Source: an uncultured Bifidobacteriaceae bacterium (lineage in GTDB: Bacteria; Verrucomicrobiota; Verrucomicrobiia; Limisphaerales; UBA11358). Taken from it: a DNA stretch of 64,000 nucleotides. Both the position numbers and the translations under genes were made by a program. Location of the stretch: contig CAZZPE010000002.1 of the NCBI GenBank assembly GCA_964655855.1, positions 89,076 through 153,075 on the forward strand, written 5' to 3'. Shown here piece after piece: positions 30,560-39,707 of this stretch; the first letter of the stretch is position 1, and each line of letters begins with the position of its first letter. Under the pieces are notes generated by a model, which saw only the letters and a list, made by a program, of their open reading frames with translations, had not been told where the DNA came from and ran no database searches.

Positions 30560-32686
30560 ATGCAACATATTCATTTCTTCAGAAAGCATTTGTCCACGCT
30601 GACCGGTCTTTTGCTGGCCGTGCTCGGCGCCGCCGCAACTTCCCTGCCCGCACAGACGACCAACGCGGAGAGAACGGACACCCTGTCCGTCTTGCCGGAG
30701 GCGGTGCCCGTCCTGCAAATCAAGGCCGACCAGGTGACCGCGCAGGTCAACCCGATGCTTTACGGGTTGATGACGGAGGAGATCAATTTCTCCTACGAAG
30801 GCGGGCTTTACGGCGAGCTGGTGCGCAACCGGACGTTCAAGGCGAACCCGACGAACGCGGTTTATTGGAGCGCCATCAACGGCTCCATCTCGCTGGACAC
30901 GAACCAGCCGCTCAATGCCGCGTTGAACGTGAGCCTGAAGCTGGACACGAGCAAGGCGTCGAAAGATTCGCCCGTGGGCATCGCCAACGGCGGCTACTGG
31001 GGAATTCCCGTCCGGCCCAACACGACTTACCGCGCGTCGTTTTATGCAAAGGGCGAACATTTCAACGGGCCGCTGACGGTCAGCTTGGTCCATGTCGTTG
31101 ATTCAAACAACGTGACCGTCAAATCGCCGCCGGGCAGCCAGGTTTTTCTCGGTGAGACGACCGAGCCTGTTGCCAGCGCGACAATTCCGAAGATTTCCGG
31201 TGACTGGCAGAAATATGAAGTGACGCTGACAACGGGAAACGTTGAAACGTCCAAGGACAACCGGCTTGAAATTTCAACGACGAAGCCGGGGACGTTTTTC
31301 AATCATCACGGCACGGTCTGTTTCCAGCAGGTGTCGCTGTTTCCGCCGACGTTCAACAATCGCCCGAACGGCAATCGGTCCGACATCATGCAGTTGCTCG
31401 CGGACATGAACCCGAAGTTTTTGCGACTGCCCGGCGGCAATTATCTGGAGGGCGATTACTTCAACGAGCGTTTTGACTGGAAGAAGACCGTCGGCGACAT
31501 CTCGCAGCGGCCCGGCCACCGCAGCCCGTGGAATTACTGGTCCACGGACGGTTTCGGCCTGCTGGAATATCTCAACTGGTGCGAAGACCTGAAGATGGAG
31601 CCGTTGCTCGCGGTGTTCGCCGGCTACACGTTGCGGCATGACTATGTCAAACCCGGCCCCGACCTGGAACCTTACGTCCAAGACGCGCTCGACGAGATTG
31701 AATATGTCACCGGCGGCACGAACACGACCTGGGGCGCGCAGCGCGCGAAGGACGGCCATCCCGCGGCGTTCCCGCTGCATTACGTCGAGGTGGGCAACGA
31801 AGACTGGTTCGACCGCTCCGGCAGCTACGACGGACGGTTCGCGCAATTTTTCAACGCCATCAAGGCGAAGTATCCCGATCTGAAGGTCATCGCCACCACG
31901 CCGGTCAAGGGCGTCACGCCGGATCTGGTGGACGAACATTATTACAAATCGCAGGAGCAGATGGAGGCGCAGTCGCACATGTATGACACGCGCAGCCACA
32001 CCAATCAAACCAAGGTCTTCGTCGGCGAATGGGCCACGCGCGTCGGCTCGCCAACGCCCAACATGGCGGGCGCGCTCGGCGACGCCGCTTGGATGTGCTG
32101 CATGGAACGCAACTCCGACATCGTTTTGCTGGAATCCTATGCGCCGCTCTTCGTCAACGTCAGCGACCTCAAGCGGGGCGGTTCAATGCAATGGCCCAGC
32201 GACCTGATCGGTTACGACGCGCTCACCAGCTACGGTTCGCCGTCGTATTACGCGCAGGTCATGTTCAGCACGCATCACGGCGACAACGTGCTCGCCACCG
32301 ATTCGCAGGACATTCCGACCCACCCGTGGCAGCCGCCGCAACGCACCCGCAACGGAGTTCCACAAGGCGCAGCCCCGGCGCCACAAGAGATGCCGTCGCT
32401 TTTCTACGACGCCACGCGCGACAGCCGGACCGGAACGGTTTATCTGAAGGTCGTCAACCGCCAGAGCACATCGCAGCCGGTGCGTGTCCAGATCAGCGGC
32501 GTCTCCGCCGTCGAAGCCGGGGGCCAGGCTCTGGTTTTGAAGGCGGGCAGCCCCGACGACACAAATTCCATTCAAGAGCCGAAGAAGATTATTCCCGTCG
32601 CGGAAAAAGTGGCCGGACTCGGAACGGATTTCACGCGCGACTTCCCGCCGTATTCCATCACGATTCTGGAATTGAAGGCGAAGTGA
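30560..32686 (+). CDS. Secreted alpha-L-arabinofuranosidase (GH51-like) with N-terminal accessory domain
   Basis: Signal peptide; LRLPGGNYLEGDYF, VEVGNEDW and FVGEWA catalytic-region motifs. Start set at ATG 30560. Confidence 0.75.
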   Translation: MQHIHFFRKHLSTLTGLLLAVLGAAATSLPAQTTNAERTDTLSVLPEAVPVLQIKADQVTAQVNPMLYGLMTEEINFSYEGGLYGELVRNRTFKANPTNAVYWSAINGSISLDTNQPLNAALNVSLKLDTSKASKDSPVGIANGGYWGIPVRPNTTYRASFYAKGEHFNGPLTVSLVHVVDSNNVTVKSPPGSQVFLGETTEPVASATIPKISGDWQKYEVTLTTGNVETSKDNRLEISTTKPGTFFNHHGTVCFQQVSLFPPTFNNRPNGNRSDIMQLLADMNPKFLRLPGGNYLEGDYFNERFDWKKTVGDISQRPGHRSPWNYWSTDGFGLLEYLNWCEDLKMEPLLAVFAGYTLRHDYVKPGPDLEPYVQDALDEIEYVTGGTNTTWGAQRAKDGHPAAFPLHYVEVGNEDWFDRSGSYDGRFAQFFNAIKAKYPDLKVIATTPVKGVTPDLVDEHYYKSQEQMEAQSHMYDTRSHTNQTKVFVGEWATRVGSPTPNMAGALGDAAWMCCMERNSDIVLLESYAPLFVNVSDLKRGGSMQWPSDLIGYDALTSYGSPSYYAQVMFSTHHGDNVLATDSQDIPTHPWQPPQRTRNGVPQGAAPAPQEMPSLFYDATRDSRTGTVYLKVVNRQSTSQPVRVQISGVSAVEAGGQALVLKAGSPDDTNSIQEPKKIIPVAEKVAGLGTDFTRDFPPYSITILELKAK

Positions 32687-32694
32687 TTGAAGAT

Positions 32695-32754
32695 GTAGCA
32701 GCGGACGTAAGTCCGCTCTAACTAAAAATTGAGCCGACTTACGTCGGCTGCTAC
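32695..32754. repeat. REPIN-like inverted doublet (family B), between convergent genes
   Basis: gtagcagcggacgtaagtccgctc-taactaaaaatt-gagccgacttacgtcggctgctac. Each arm also contains its own 7-bp hairpin. Confidence 0.8.
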
Positions 32755-32757
32755 AAA

Positions 32758-33618
32758 TCAAATTGGCTCGTCCGGATTAGCCGCCAGCCACGCGCCCAGT
32801 CTGGGCAGCGGCGCGGACAAGACCGCCTGCACCTTGGAAATGTCCAGAGACGTGTCCGGCGCGCGCGCCGGGCCGGGGAAATCCTTCACCGAACCCGGCT
32901 GGATTTCGGTCGTGATTTCCGGCCAGCGTTTGACCAGGAGCCGGCCGATCTCCCAACGCGACAGCTTTTCCGCGCCGGCGACGTGATAAATGCCGGCGCA
33001 ATTTTTTCCCGCCAGCTCCCAGACCGCCCTCGCCGTTTCCACCGCCGGAATCGGACAGCGAAATTCGTCCGTGAACAATTTCATCCCCTGCCCCGCCTGT
33101 TGCAACGAACGTCGCAACTGCTCATTGAACGCACGGTCACCCGACGGGGAAACGCCGCCGTTGATGGACGTGCGCACGACCAGATGGCGCGGATTTTTTA
33201 GAACAATCTCCTCGGCGGCAACCTTGGTCTCGCCATAAACGTGCAGCGGATTCGGCGCATCCTTCTCGACGTAATCGCCCTTGCGCCCGTCGAAGACCAG
33301 ATCCGTGGAGAAAAAAACAAATTGATTCTCCGCCGCCAGTTCCGCGAGAAATCGGGTGGCCTCGACGTTCACGCGACGTGCGAGTCCGGGATTTTTCTGC
33401 GCCTGGTCGGCGCGTGTGACGGCGGCGCAATGGATGACCAGCCCCGGCCGGTCCTTTTCAAACTCGCGGCGGACGGCGGCGAAATCCAGCAGGTCGAGCC
33501 GGTCGCGTGTCAACGCGCGCAGGCGCCGGTGCGGGGCAAATCTCGGCGCGGTCTGGACAAGATAATTGCCGATCAGTCCGCCCGCGCCGGTGATCCAGAC
33601 GAGTTTATTTTGTTCCAT
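32758..33618 (-). CDS. NAD-dependent epimerase/reductase, RmlD-like
   Basis: Rossmann motif VWITGAGGLIGNYL; SDR-extended layout (YGETK). Confidence 0.65.
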   Translation of the reverse strand: MEQNKLVWITGAGGLIGNYLVQTAPRFAPHRRLRALTRDRLDLLDFAAVRREFEKDRPGLVIHCAAVTRADQAQKNPGLARRVNVEATRFLAELAAENQFVFFSTDLVFDGRKGDYVEKDAPNPLHVYGETKVAAEEIVLKNPRHLVVRTSINGGVSPSGDRAFNEQLRRSLQQAGQGMKLFTDEFRCPIPAVETARAVWELAGKNCAGIYHVAGAEKLSRWEIGRLLVKRWPEITTEIQPGSVKDFPGPARAPDTSLDISKVQAVLSAPLPRLGAWLAANPDEPI

Positions 33619-35074
33619 CGGCGGAAGCGTTGGTTTGCGGCAGCCGGCCAATCCACAGGCCGCTGGTGGCGTAATGCCATTCCAATTCAGGAATGCCTGG
33701 CGGGTTGCCGCCGGAGGCGCGGAGAAGCATCCGGTCGGCGGGGCGCATCTTCTTCACCCACGGCTCGTAGGCGGCAAACGCCGCGCCACGGTTCCACTGG
33801 ATTCTGCGGAGCGTCTCCAAATCGTCCGGCCGCATCAAACCGGATTCAAAACCGAGGACGTATTTCCAGTCGGCGGCCGGGTTTTTGAAAAAAGTCTGGA
33901 AGAACACGTCCATGTCGGAGTTGTAAATGACGCCGCCGGCATCGGGCAGCCAGCCGGCGATGCCGGGCGTTTCGGGCGTGACGTATTCCGTCGTGAGGTT
34001 CGCCGTCCAACGGCCGTCGCGGTCGCTGGTGAATCCGAGAAAAGCGCCGGCGGCAATCGCCAGCGTGACGAGCAGGCGCCGGGCGGAATCGAACGAAAAA
34101 TGATTTTCAAAATGCTCCTGCAATTCCAGCGCCACCCAGACCATGAACGCCGGCGTGCCGAAATCCCACCAGAACCGGCGCATTTTTAATCCGAGCAGCC
34201 AACCCAAAACCATCATCACAAAAACCGGATTGAACAGCGCGCGTGGATTCCGGCCGGGGAAGATTTTGCGGCAGAAAATCAAGGCGACAACCGCGAGCAC
34301 GGCGGCGGTTTCGCCGTCGGACGGATACATTTCCGGTTCAAGCTGGTGGATGACGGCAATATTTCCGAACACGCCGAACATGTGCCGCACGGATTGGAAT
34401 AAAAATTCCCACGGATGGCCGGTGAGCGCGCAGCCGAGAAAACTCCCGGCGAGCCAGCAGCCGGAATACCAAATCGCCGGGCGCCAGAATCCGGCGAACA
34501 AAATTGCCGCGCCCGGCAGGCACAGCAAATACCACGAGCCGTGAACCCACGCGGATGCCGCGACGAGCAGCGGCGTTAAAACCAGGGCCAGCCGCCGGGG
34601 CCGGTCTTCCGATGGGCGCGACCACAGGAATAAAATCGTGATGAGAACGGCGTCGGTCAAAATGTATGGCCGTCCGCGCGCGAAGCGGGTGGTGCAGGCC
34701 GGAATAAAAACCGCCGCCGCAAACAACGCCGCCAGCCACGCTTCGGGCCGACGCAGCCACGGCAACGCGCTCAACGTCACCAGCAGCATCAGCGCGATGA
34801 CCGAAAAGACAACCAGCGCATCGGCGCTGCAATTTTGCCAGTTGTGAACCCATGCCAGAATCGCCTGCCAGCCGGGGCTGGGATCAATCTGAAAATCGTC
34901 CCGCATGATGAGGATTTGCTGCCACGATTTGCCGGACACCGCCTTGGCCGCGTGCCGCAGCGCGTCGTCCATCGGCAAAAACCCGTAGCCGATGATTTTC
35001 AGCGGAATGACGATGATGGTGGAGATGACGACAATCCAGACGGACAAGGGAATGTAGCGTTTGAGAGAATTCAT
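33605..35074 (-). CDS. Polytopic membrane protein, function unknown
   Basis: About 10 or more hydrophobic helices plus a C-terminal soluble domain. No diagnostic motif. Confidence 0.45.
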   Translation of the reverse strand: MNSLKRYIPLSVWIVVISTIIVIPLKIIGYGFLPMDDALRHAAKAVSGKSWQQILIMRDDFQIDPSPGWQAILAWVHNWQNCSADALVVFSVIALMLLVTLSALPWLRRPEAWLAALFAAAVFIPACTTRFARGRPYILTDAVLITILFLWSRPSEDRPRRLALVLTPLLVAASAWVHGSWYLLCLPGAAILFAGFWRPAIWYSGCWLAGSFLGCALTGHPWEFLFQSVRHMFGVFGNIAVIHQLEPEMYPSDGETAAVLAVVALIFCRKIFPGRNPRALFNPVFVMMVLGWLLGLKMRRFWWDFGTPAFMVWVALELQEHFENHFSFDSARRLLVTLAIAAGAFLGFTSDRDGRWTANLTTEYVTPETPGIAGWLPDAGGVIYNSDMDVFFQTFFKNPAADWKYVLGFESGLMRPDDLETLRRIQWNRGAAFAAYEPWVKKMRPADRMLLRASGGNPPGIPELEWHYATSGLWIGRLPQTNASADGTK

Positions 35075-35080
35075 GGCAGG

Positions 35081-35986
35081 TCAATCCACAAACCGCTTCG
35101 TCAGGTTTCCATAGGCGTCAATCCGTCGGTCGCGCAGGAACGGCCAGTGCGTTCGCGTCGCGTCCACCTGGCCGAGATTCACCGGCACAATCAAAATATC
35201 TTCCTTGGCTGCCGAAGCTTTGGCAAGGATTTCACCGGACGTTCCGGCGACGAAACTTTGTCCCCAGAATTCAATGCCGTCGCCGCTCACGCCGGAAATT
35301 CTTTCGTGGCCGACGCGATTGACAGCCGCGACGTAGCAGCCGTTGGCGACGGCGTGCGAACGCTGGATGGTTTCCCAGGCGTCGTGTTGAATTGCACCGA
35401 GCTGTTCCTTTTCGCGGGGATGCCAGCCGATGGCGGTGGGGCAAAAAAGGATTTCCGCGCCCTGCAACGCGGTCAGCCGCGCGGCTTCGGGATACCACTG
35501 GTCCCAGCAAATCAGCACGCCGATTTTTCCATATCGGGTCGGCCATGCCTTGAAGCCAGTGTCGCCGGGCGTGAAATAAAATTTCTCGTAGTAAAGCGGG
35601 TCGTCCGGAATGTGCATCTTGCGATAGATGCCGAGCAGCGAGCCGTCGGCGTCAATCACGGCGGCGGTGTTATGATAAACGCCTGCGGTGCGTTTCTCAA
35701 AAAGCGATGCGATGATGACGACCTTGTTTTTTTTGGCGAGCCGGCAAAAGGCGTCGGTGGTCGGACCGGGGATTTTTTCAGCAAGCTTGAAATTCCTGAA
35801 GTCTTCGCTCTGGCAGAAGTATTGCGAGCGGAAAAGTTCCTGCGTGCAGATGATTTGCGCGCCTTGCCGGGCGGCGCGTTCGGCGAGAGCCAGCGTTTTC
35901 TTCAGATTTGCTCCGGGGTTGGCGGAACAGACGCTTTGAATCAGTCCGAGGCAGACGGTTTGGGCGGCGGAGCGTTTCATCGTCAA
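35081..35986 (-). CDS. aguB: N-carbamoylputrescine amidase (C-N hydrolase family)
   Basis: TQELF (Glu), ICWDQWYPE (Cys) motifs and overall nitrilase-fold length. Confidence 0.8.
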   Translation of the reverse strand: MTMKRSAAQTVCLGLIQSVCSANPGANLKKTLALAERAARQGAQIICTQELFRSQYFCQSEDFRNFKLAEKIPGPTTDAFCRLAKKNKVVIIASLFEKRTAGVYHNTAAVIDADGSLLGIYRKMHIPDDPLYYEKFYFTPGDTGFKAWPTRYGKIGVLICWDQWYPEAARLTALQGAEILFCPTAIGWHPREKEQLGAIQHDAWETIQRSHAVANGCYVAAVNRVGHERISGVSGDGIEFWGQSFVAGTSGEILAKASAAKEDILIVPVNLGQVDATRTHWPFLRDRRIDAYGNLTKRFVD

Positions 35987-36987
35987 GCCTTGGGGTTGAT
36001 GCGGATGGTTTGTTCCATCAAATCCGTGCCGCTGCCGGCAGCGGGAGCGGCCGGGACGTTCTGTCCGAACAGCTCGCGGGTGAATTTGCCGAGCGTCTCG
36101 TTCGTCGGACCGTAACCGCCGTGGTAGATGTGGTATTCAAGGTCATACAGCAACTGGTCGGCGCTGGCGTAACGCTGGGCCGGATCGCGCGCGAGGCAGC
36201 GCTGGAGGATTTCATTGAGCGGGCCGTCAATGCGGGAATCGAACTTGCGGAAATCGGGGACGTCCATGTTCAAAATCCGCGAGCGCGATTCCTCGGCGTT
36301 TTCACCCTTGAAAACGTTTCTGCCGAGCAGCAGGTGCGCCAGCACCACCCCGGCGGAAAACAAGTCGGAACGCTTGTCGGTGATCTGGAAGTCCGCCTGC
36401 TCCGGACTCATAAAATCGGCCTTGCCGGCGACGACTTCGCCCTCCTGGTCGGTGAGAAAACCCTTCGCCTTGGCAATGCCAAAATCCGTCAGCTTCACGT
36501 CGCCCTCGAACGCGATCATGATGTTCTTGAAGCTCACGTCGCGGTGGACGATGCCCAGCGGCCTGCCGTCCTTGTCGGTCTTGGCATGCGCGTAGGCCAG
36601 CCCGCGCGCGACGCGGCTGGTGATGAACACGGCCAGCTCCTTCGGCAACTGGCGTTTCTTGTCGGCGAGCTGGTGCGTGAACTGCTCCAGATTCACCCCG
36701 CGGATCAATTCCATGCAGATGAAGCAAACGCCCTTGGCCTCGCCGAGGTGGTAGGTCTGGACGATGTTCGTGTGGATCAGATCGGCGACCAGCTTGGCCT
36801 CGCCGATGAAGTTCTCGATGAACATCTTCTGGCTGGCGAAATTCGGCCGGATGATTTTGATGGCGACGCGCTTGACGAAATCGCGCGCGCCGTGCTGCTC
36901 GGCCTCGAAGACGATGCCCATGCCGCCTTCAAAAATCTTGCGGACAATCTCGTATCGAAAGTCGCTCTCGATGGTGAAAAGCGCCAC
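35983..36987 (-). CDS. Ser/Thr protein kinase
   Basis: GGMGIVFEA, VAIKII, VHRDVSFKNIMI, LTDFGIAK, FMSPEQ. Confidence 0.8.
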   Translation of the reverse strand: MALFTIESDFRYEIVRKIFEGGMGIVFEAEQHGARDFVKRVAIKIIRPNFASQKMFIENFIGEAKLVADLIHTNIVQTYHLGEAKGVCFICMELIRGVNLEQFTHQLADKKRQLPKELAVFITSRVARGLAYAHAKTDKDGRPLGIVHRDVSFKNIMIAFEGDVKLTDFGIAKAKGFLTDQEGEVVAGKADFMSPEQADFQITDKRSDLFSAGVVLAHLLLGRNVFKGENAEESRSRILNMDVPDFRKFDSRIDGPLNEILQRCLARDPAQRYASADQLLYDLEYHIYHGGYGPTNETLGKFTRELFGQNVPAAPAAGSGTDLMEQTIRINPKA

Positions 36988-37070
36988 GCGCGGATGGTCG
37001 GAAATTGCGCCGCGAAGTCAAGCCCGGCGCTTTTGGGTGGAAGAGCTGTAAATTTTTTATTCTTTTTTGC

Positions 37071-37099
37071 TTGCACGATTCGGGCGAAATCCTTTAATT
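37071..37099 (+). promoter_or_regulatory. Candidate sigma70-type promoter for the HU gene
   Basis: TTGCAC, 16-17 nt spacer, TTTAAT, preceded by a T/A-rich tract (aaattttttattctttttt). By eye only. Confidence 0.35.
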
Positions 37100-37167
37100 C
37101 GAGCCAAGTCGCATGACTTTTGGACCAAAATAACAACATAACAACCAATAGGAAGGACACCAACATT

Positions 37168-37455
37168 ATGGCTAAAGCATTATCGAAATCTCAACTCGTC
37201 ACCGCAATTGCCGAAAAGGCTGAAATCTCCAAGAAACAGGCCGGCGAAATTCTCGAACATCTCGCCGCGCTCGCCTACAAGCACGCGAAGGACACCTTCA
37301 CGCTGCCTGGCATCGGCAAACTCGTCCTCAAGGACCGCGCCGCCCGCATGGGCCGCAACCCCAAGACCGGCGAAGCCATCCAGATCAAGGCCAAGCGCGT
37401 CGTGAAGTTCCGCGTCGCCAAGGCCGCGAAGGACGCGATCCTCGGCACCAAGTAA
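37168..37455 (+). CDS. hup: HU-family DNA-binding protein
   Basis: MAKALSKSQLVTAIAEKAEISKKQAGEILE...GRNPKTGEAIQIKAKRVVKFR. aggaagga Shine-Dalgarno 10 nt upstream. Confidence 0.9.
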   Translation: MAKALSKSQLVTAIAEKAEISKKQAGEILEHLAALAYKHAKDTFTLPGIGKLVLKDRAARMGRNPKTGEAIQIKAKRVVKFRVAKAAKDAILGTK

Positions 37456-37471
37456 TTTTAATTACTTTCAC

Positions 37472-37512
37472 AAGAGCGCTCCGGCAACGGGGCGCTCTTT
37501 TTATTTTGTTTT
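37472..37512 (+). terminator. Rho-independent terminator after the HU gene
   Basis: aagagcgc-(12-nt loop)-gcgctctt, followed by tttattttgttttt. Confidence 0.8.
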
Positions 37513-37551
37513 TAATCTGCGCCCATCTGTGAAAACCTGTGGCTAAATTTA

Positions 37552-38901
37552 ATGACCATGAAAACTCGCGTTCGATTCGCCCCATCGCCCACCGGCTACC
37601 TCCACATCGGCGGCGCGCGCACCGCGCTCTTCAACTGGCTTTACGCCCGCCACACCGGCGGCACGTTCATCCTCCGCATCGAGGACACCGACGCCGCGCG
37701 CAATTCGCAGGAAGCCGTGGACGTCATCCTCAACGGCCTCCGCTGGCTCGGCCTGAACTGGGACGAGGGTCCGCTCACTGGCAACGCCACCGGACCGTGC
37801 AAGGGCGCTTGCGGCCCCTATTTCCAAAGCCAGCGGAAGGAAAATTACCAGCGCCGCGTCGAGGCACTGCTTTCCCGCGACCTGGCTTACGAGAAAGACG
37901 GCGCGATCCATTTCCGCATGACGCGCGAGCCGATTACCATTCACGACCTCGTCGTTGGCGATGTTGTCCGCAAATTGACCGACCGCGAGGAGGTTGATCC
38001 CGATTTTGTCATCATGCGTTCGGACGGCCAGCCCGTGTTCCATCTCGTCAACGTCATTGATGATTTGGAGATGAACATCACCCACGTCATCCGCGGTGAG
38101 GACCATTTGAGCAACACCGCCAAGCACATCGCGCTCTTCAACGCATTCGGCGTCAAGCCGCCGCATTACGCGCACATCCCGCTCATCCTGAACGGCGACG
38201 GCTCCAAGATGAGCAAGCGCGACATGGGCGCGTCGCTCACCAGCTACCTCGACGACGGGTTCTTGCCCGAGGCCGTGGTGAATTTCCTCTGCCTCCTCGG
38301 CTGGTCGCCCAAGGAAAACCGCGAGAAGCTGACGCTCGCCGAAACCATCGAACGCTTCGACCTGCCGCAGATTCTCCGGCACAATGCCAAGTTCGATTAC
38401 GAAAAGCTCCTCTGGCTCCAAGGTGAATACGCTCGCGAGCTGACGGACGACCGCCTTTACGAACTGGCCGTCCACACCTTCGCCAAGGCCGGCCTCAACC
38501 CAGACGCCTATCCCCTGCCCTACGTCAAGGCCGCGCTCGACACCTGCAAGGGCAAGTTCAAGCTCTTCAGCGAACTGCCCGCCTACGCCGGTTTTTATTT
38601 CACCGACAAGATCGAATACGACGCCGAGGCCGCCAAAAAAGATTTCGTGCCGGAGAACAAGCCGCGACTGGAAAAGCTCCGCGACGCCTTTGCCGCCGCG
38701 CCCGCGTTCGATGCCGACACCCTCCAGGCCGCGCTCAAGGAAACCGCCAAGACGCTGGGCGTGAAGGCCGGCGTGCTGGTGCATCCCTGCCGCCTGGCCG
38801 TGACCGGCAAAACCTCCGGGCCGAGTCTCTACCATTTGCTCCAAGTCCTCGGCAAGGAACGTGTGATGGCGAGGATTGAAAAGGCGCTGACAGGTTTTTA
38901 G
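37552..38901 (+). CDS. gltX: Glutamyl-tRNA synthetase
   Basis: RFAPSPTGYLHIGGARTA (HIGH), KMSKR (KMSKS). Its last roughly 95 nt are duplicated at 39580-39675. Confidence 0.9.
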   Translation: MTMKTRVRFAPSPTGYLHIGGARTALFNWLYARHTGGTFILRIEDTDAARNSQEAVDVILNGLRWLGLNWDEGPLTGNATGPCKGACGPYFQSQRKENYQRRVEALLSRDLAYEKDGAIHFRMTREPITIHDLVVGDVVRKLTDREEVDPDFVIMRSDGQPVFHLVNVIDDLEMNITHVIRGEDHLSNTAKHIALFNAFGVKPPHYAHIPLILNGDGSKMSKRDMGASLTSYLDDGFLPEAVVNFLCLLGWSPKENREKLTLAETIERFDLPQILRHNAKFDYEKLLWLQGEYARELTDDRLYELAVHTFAKAGLNPDAYPLPYVKAALDTCKGKFKLFSELPAYAGFYFTDKIEYDAEAAKKDFVPENKPRLEKLRDAFAAAPAFDADTLQAALKETAKTLGVKAGVLVHPCRLAVTGKTSGPSLYHLLQVLGKERVMARIEKALTGF

Positions 38902-38949
38902 CCACGGATGAAACGCGTGTTGAATACCAGTCCTGCTGAATCGGCTGCC

Positions 38950-39573
38950 GTAGCGCCGTAGGCGCGACATCTTTGTAGCCCCGGCACAGAAAAAGATTTC
39001 CCAGCTCCGTCAGGAGCGACATATTCGGGGCATGGCCAACACCTACACCCAGATTTACATCCATGTCGTGTTTGCCGTGGAAGGACGGCAAAACCTGATT
39101 TCGCCGGAGCATAACGACGAATTGCAAAAATTCATCACCGGCATCGTGTCCGGCCTGCGGCAGAAATTGATCGCCATCAACAATATGCCGGATCATCTGC
39201 ACCTGCTCGTCGGGCTGCGACCGGATTCGTCCCTCTCTGATTTGGTGCGCGACATCAAGACGGGTTCATCCAAATTCATCAAAGAAAAACGGTGGGTGGC
39301 GGGGAGATTCTCGTGGCAGGAAGGATTCGGGGCGTTTTCGTATTCCCGCTCGCAATTGGGAACCGTCATCCGCTACATTCAAAACCAGCAACGGCATCAC
39401 GCGAAGAAATCATTTCGCGAGGAATATGTTGAATTGTTGGAACGGTTCGGCGTGGTTTACAACGCAAAATTCATTTTCAAAACCGGCGATGAATGATTCC
39501 GGAATATGTCGCCCCTACGGGGCTTGGGATTCTGGGTTGGCGGTTTCTACAAAGATGTCGCTCCTAACGGAGC
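38950..39573 (+). mobile_element. REP-flanked Y1 transposase unit (RAYT-like)
   Basis: Nested inverted REPs flank the gene. Outer pair: 38950-38979 (gtagcgccgtaggcgcgacatctttgtagc) and 39546-39573. Inner pair: 39002-39030 (agctccgtcaggagcgacatattcgggg) and 39497-39524. Confidence 0.75.
39032..39496 (+). CDS. IS200/IS605-family Y1 (HUH) transposase, REP-associated tyrosine transposase type
   Basis: HUH motif (MPDHLHLLV) and C-terminal catalytic Tyr helix (VIRYIQNQQRHH). 154 aa. Confidence 0.85.
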   Translation: MANTYTQIYIHVVFAVEGRQNLISPEHNDELQKFITGIVSGLRQKLIAINNMPDHLHLLVGLRPDSSLSDLVRDIKTGSSKFIKEKRWVAGRFSWQEGFGAFSYSRSQLGTVIRYIQNQQRHHAKKSFREEYVELLERFGVVYNAKFIFKTGDE

Positions 39574-39579
39574 TTGAAG

Positions 39580-39683
39580 CGACCGGCAAACCCGCCGGCC
39601 CCAGCCTCTACCACCTGCTCCAAGTCCTCGGCAAGGAACGCGTGATGGCGAGGATTGAGAAGGCGCTGGCAACAATGAATTGA
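39580..39683 (+). pseudogene. Orphan second copy of the gltX 3-prime end
   Basis: Encodes ...TGKPAGPSLYHLLQVLGKERVMARIEKALATMN*, versus the gltX end ...TGKTSGPSLYHLLQVLGKERVMARIEKALTGF*. About 9 mismatches over about 92 nt by eye, mostly synonymous. Confidence 0.7.
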
Positions 39684-39707
39684 AACAACAGGGAAAGGAA
39701 ATCCATT

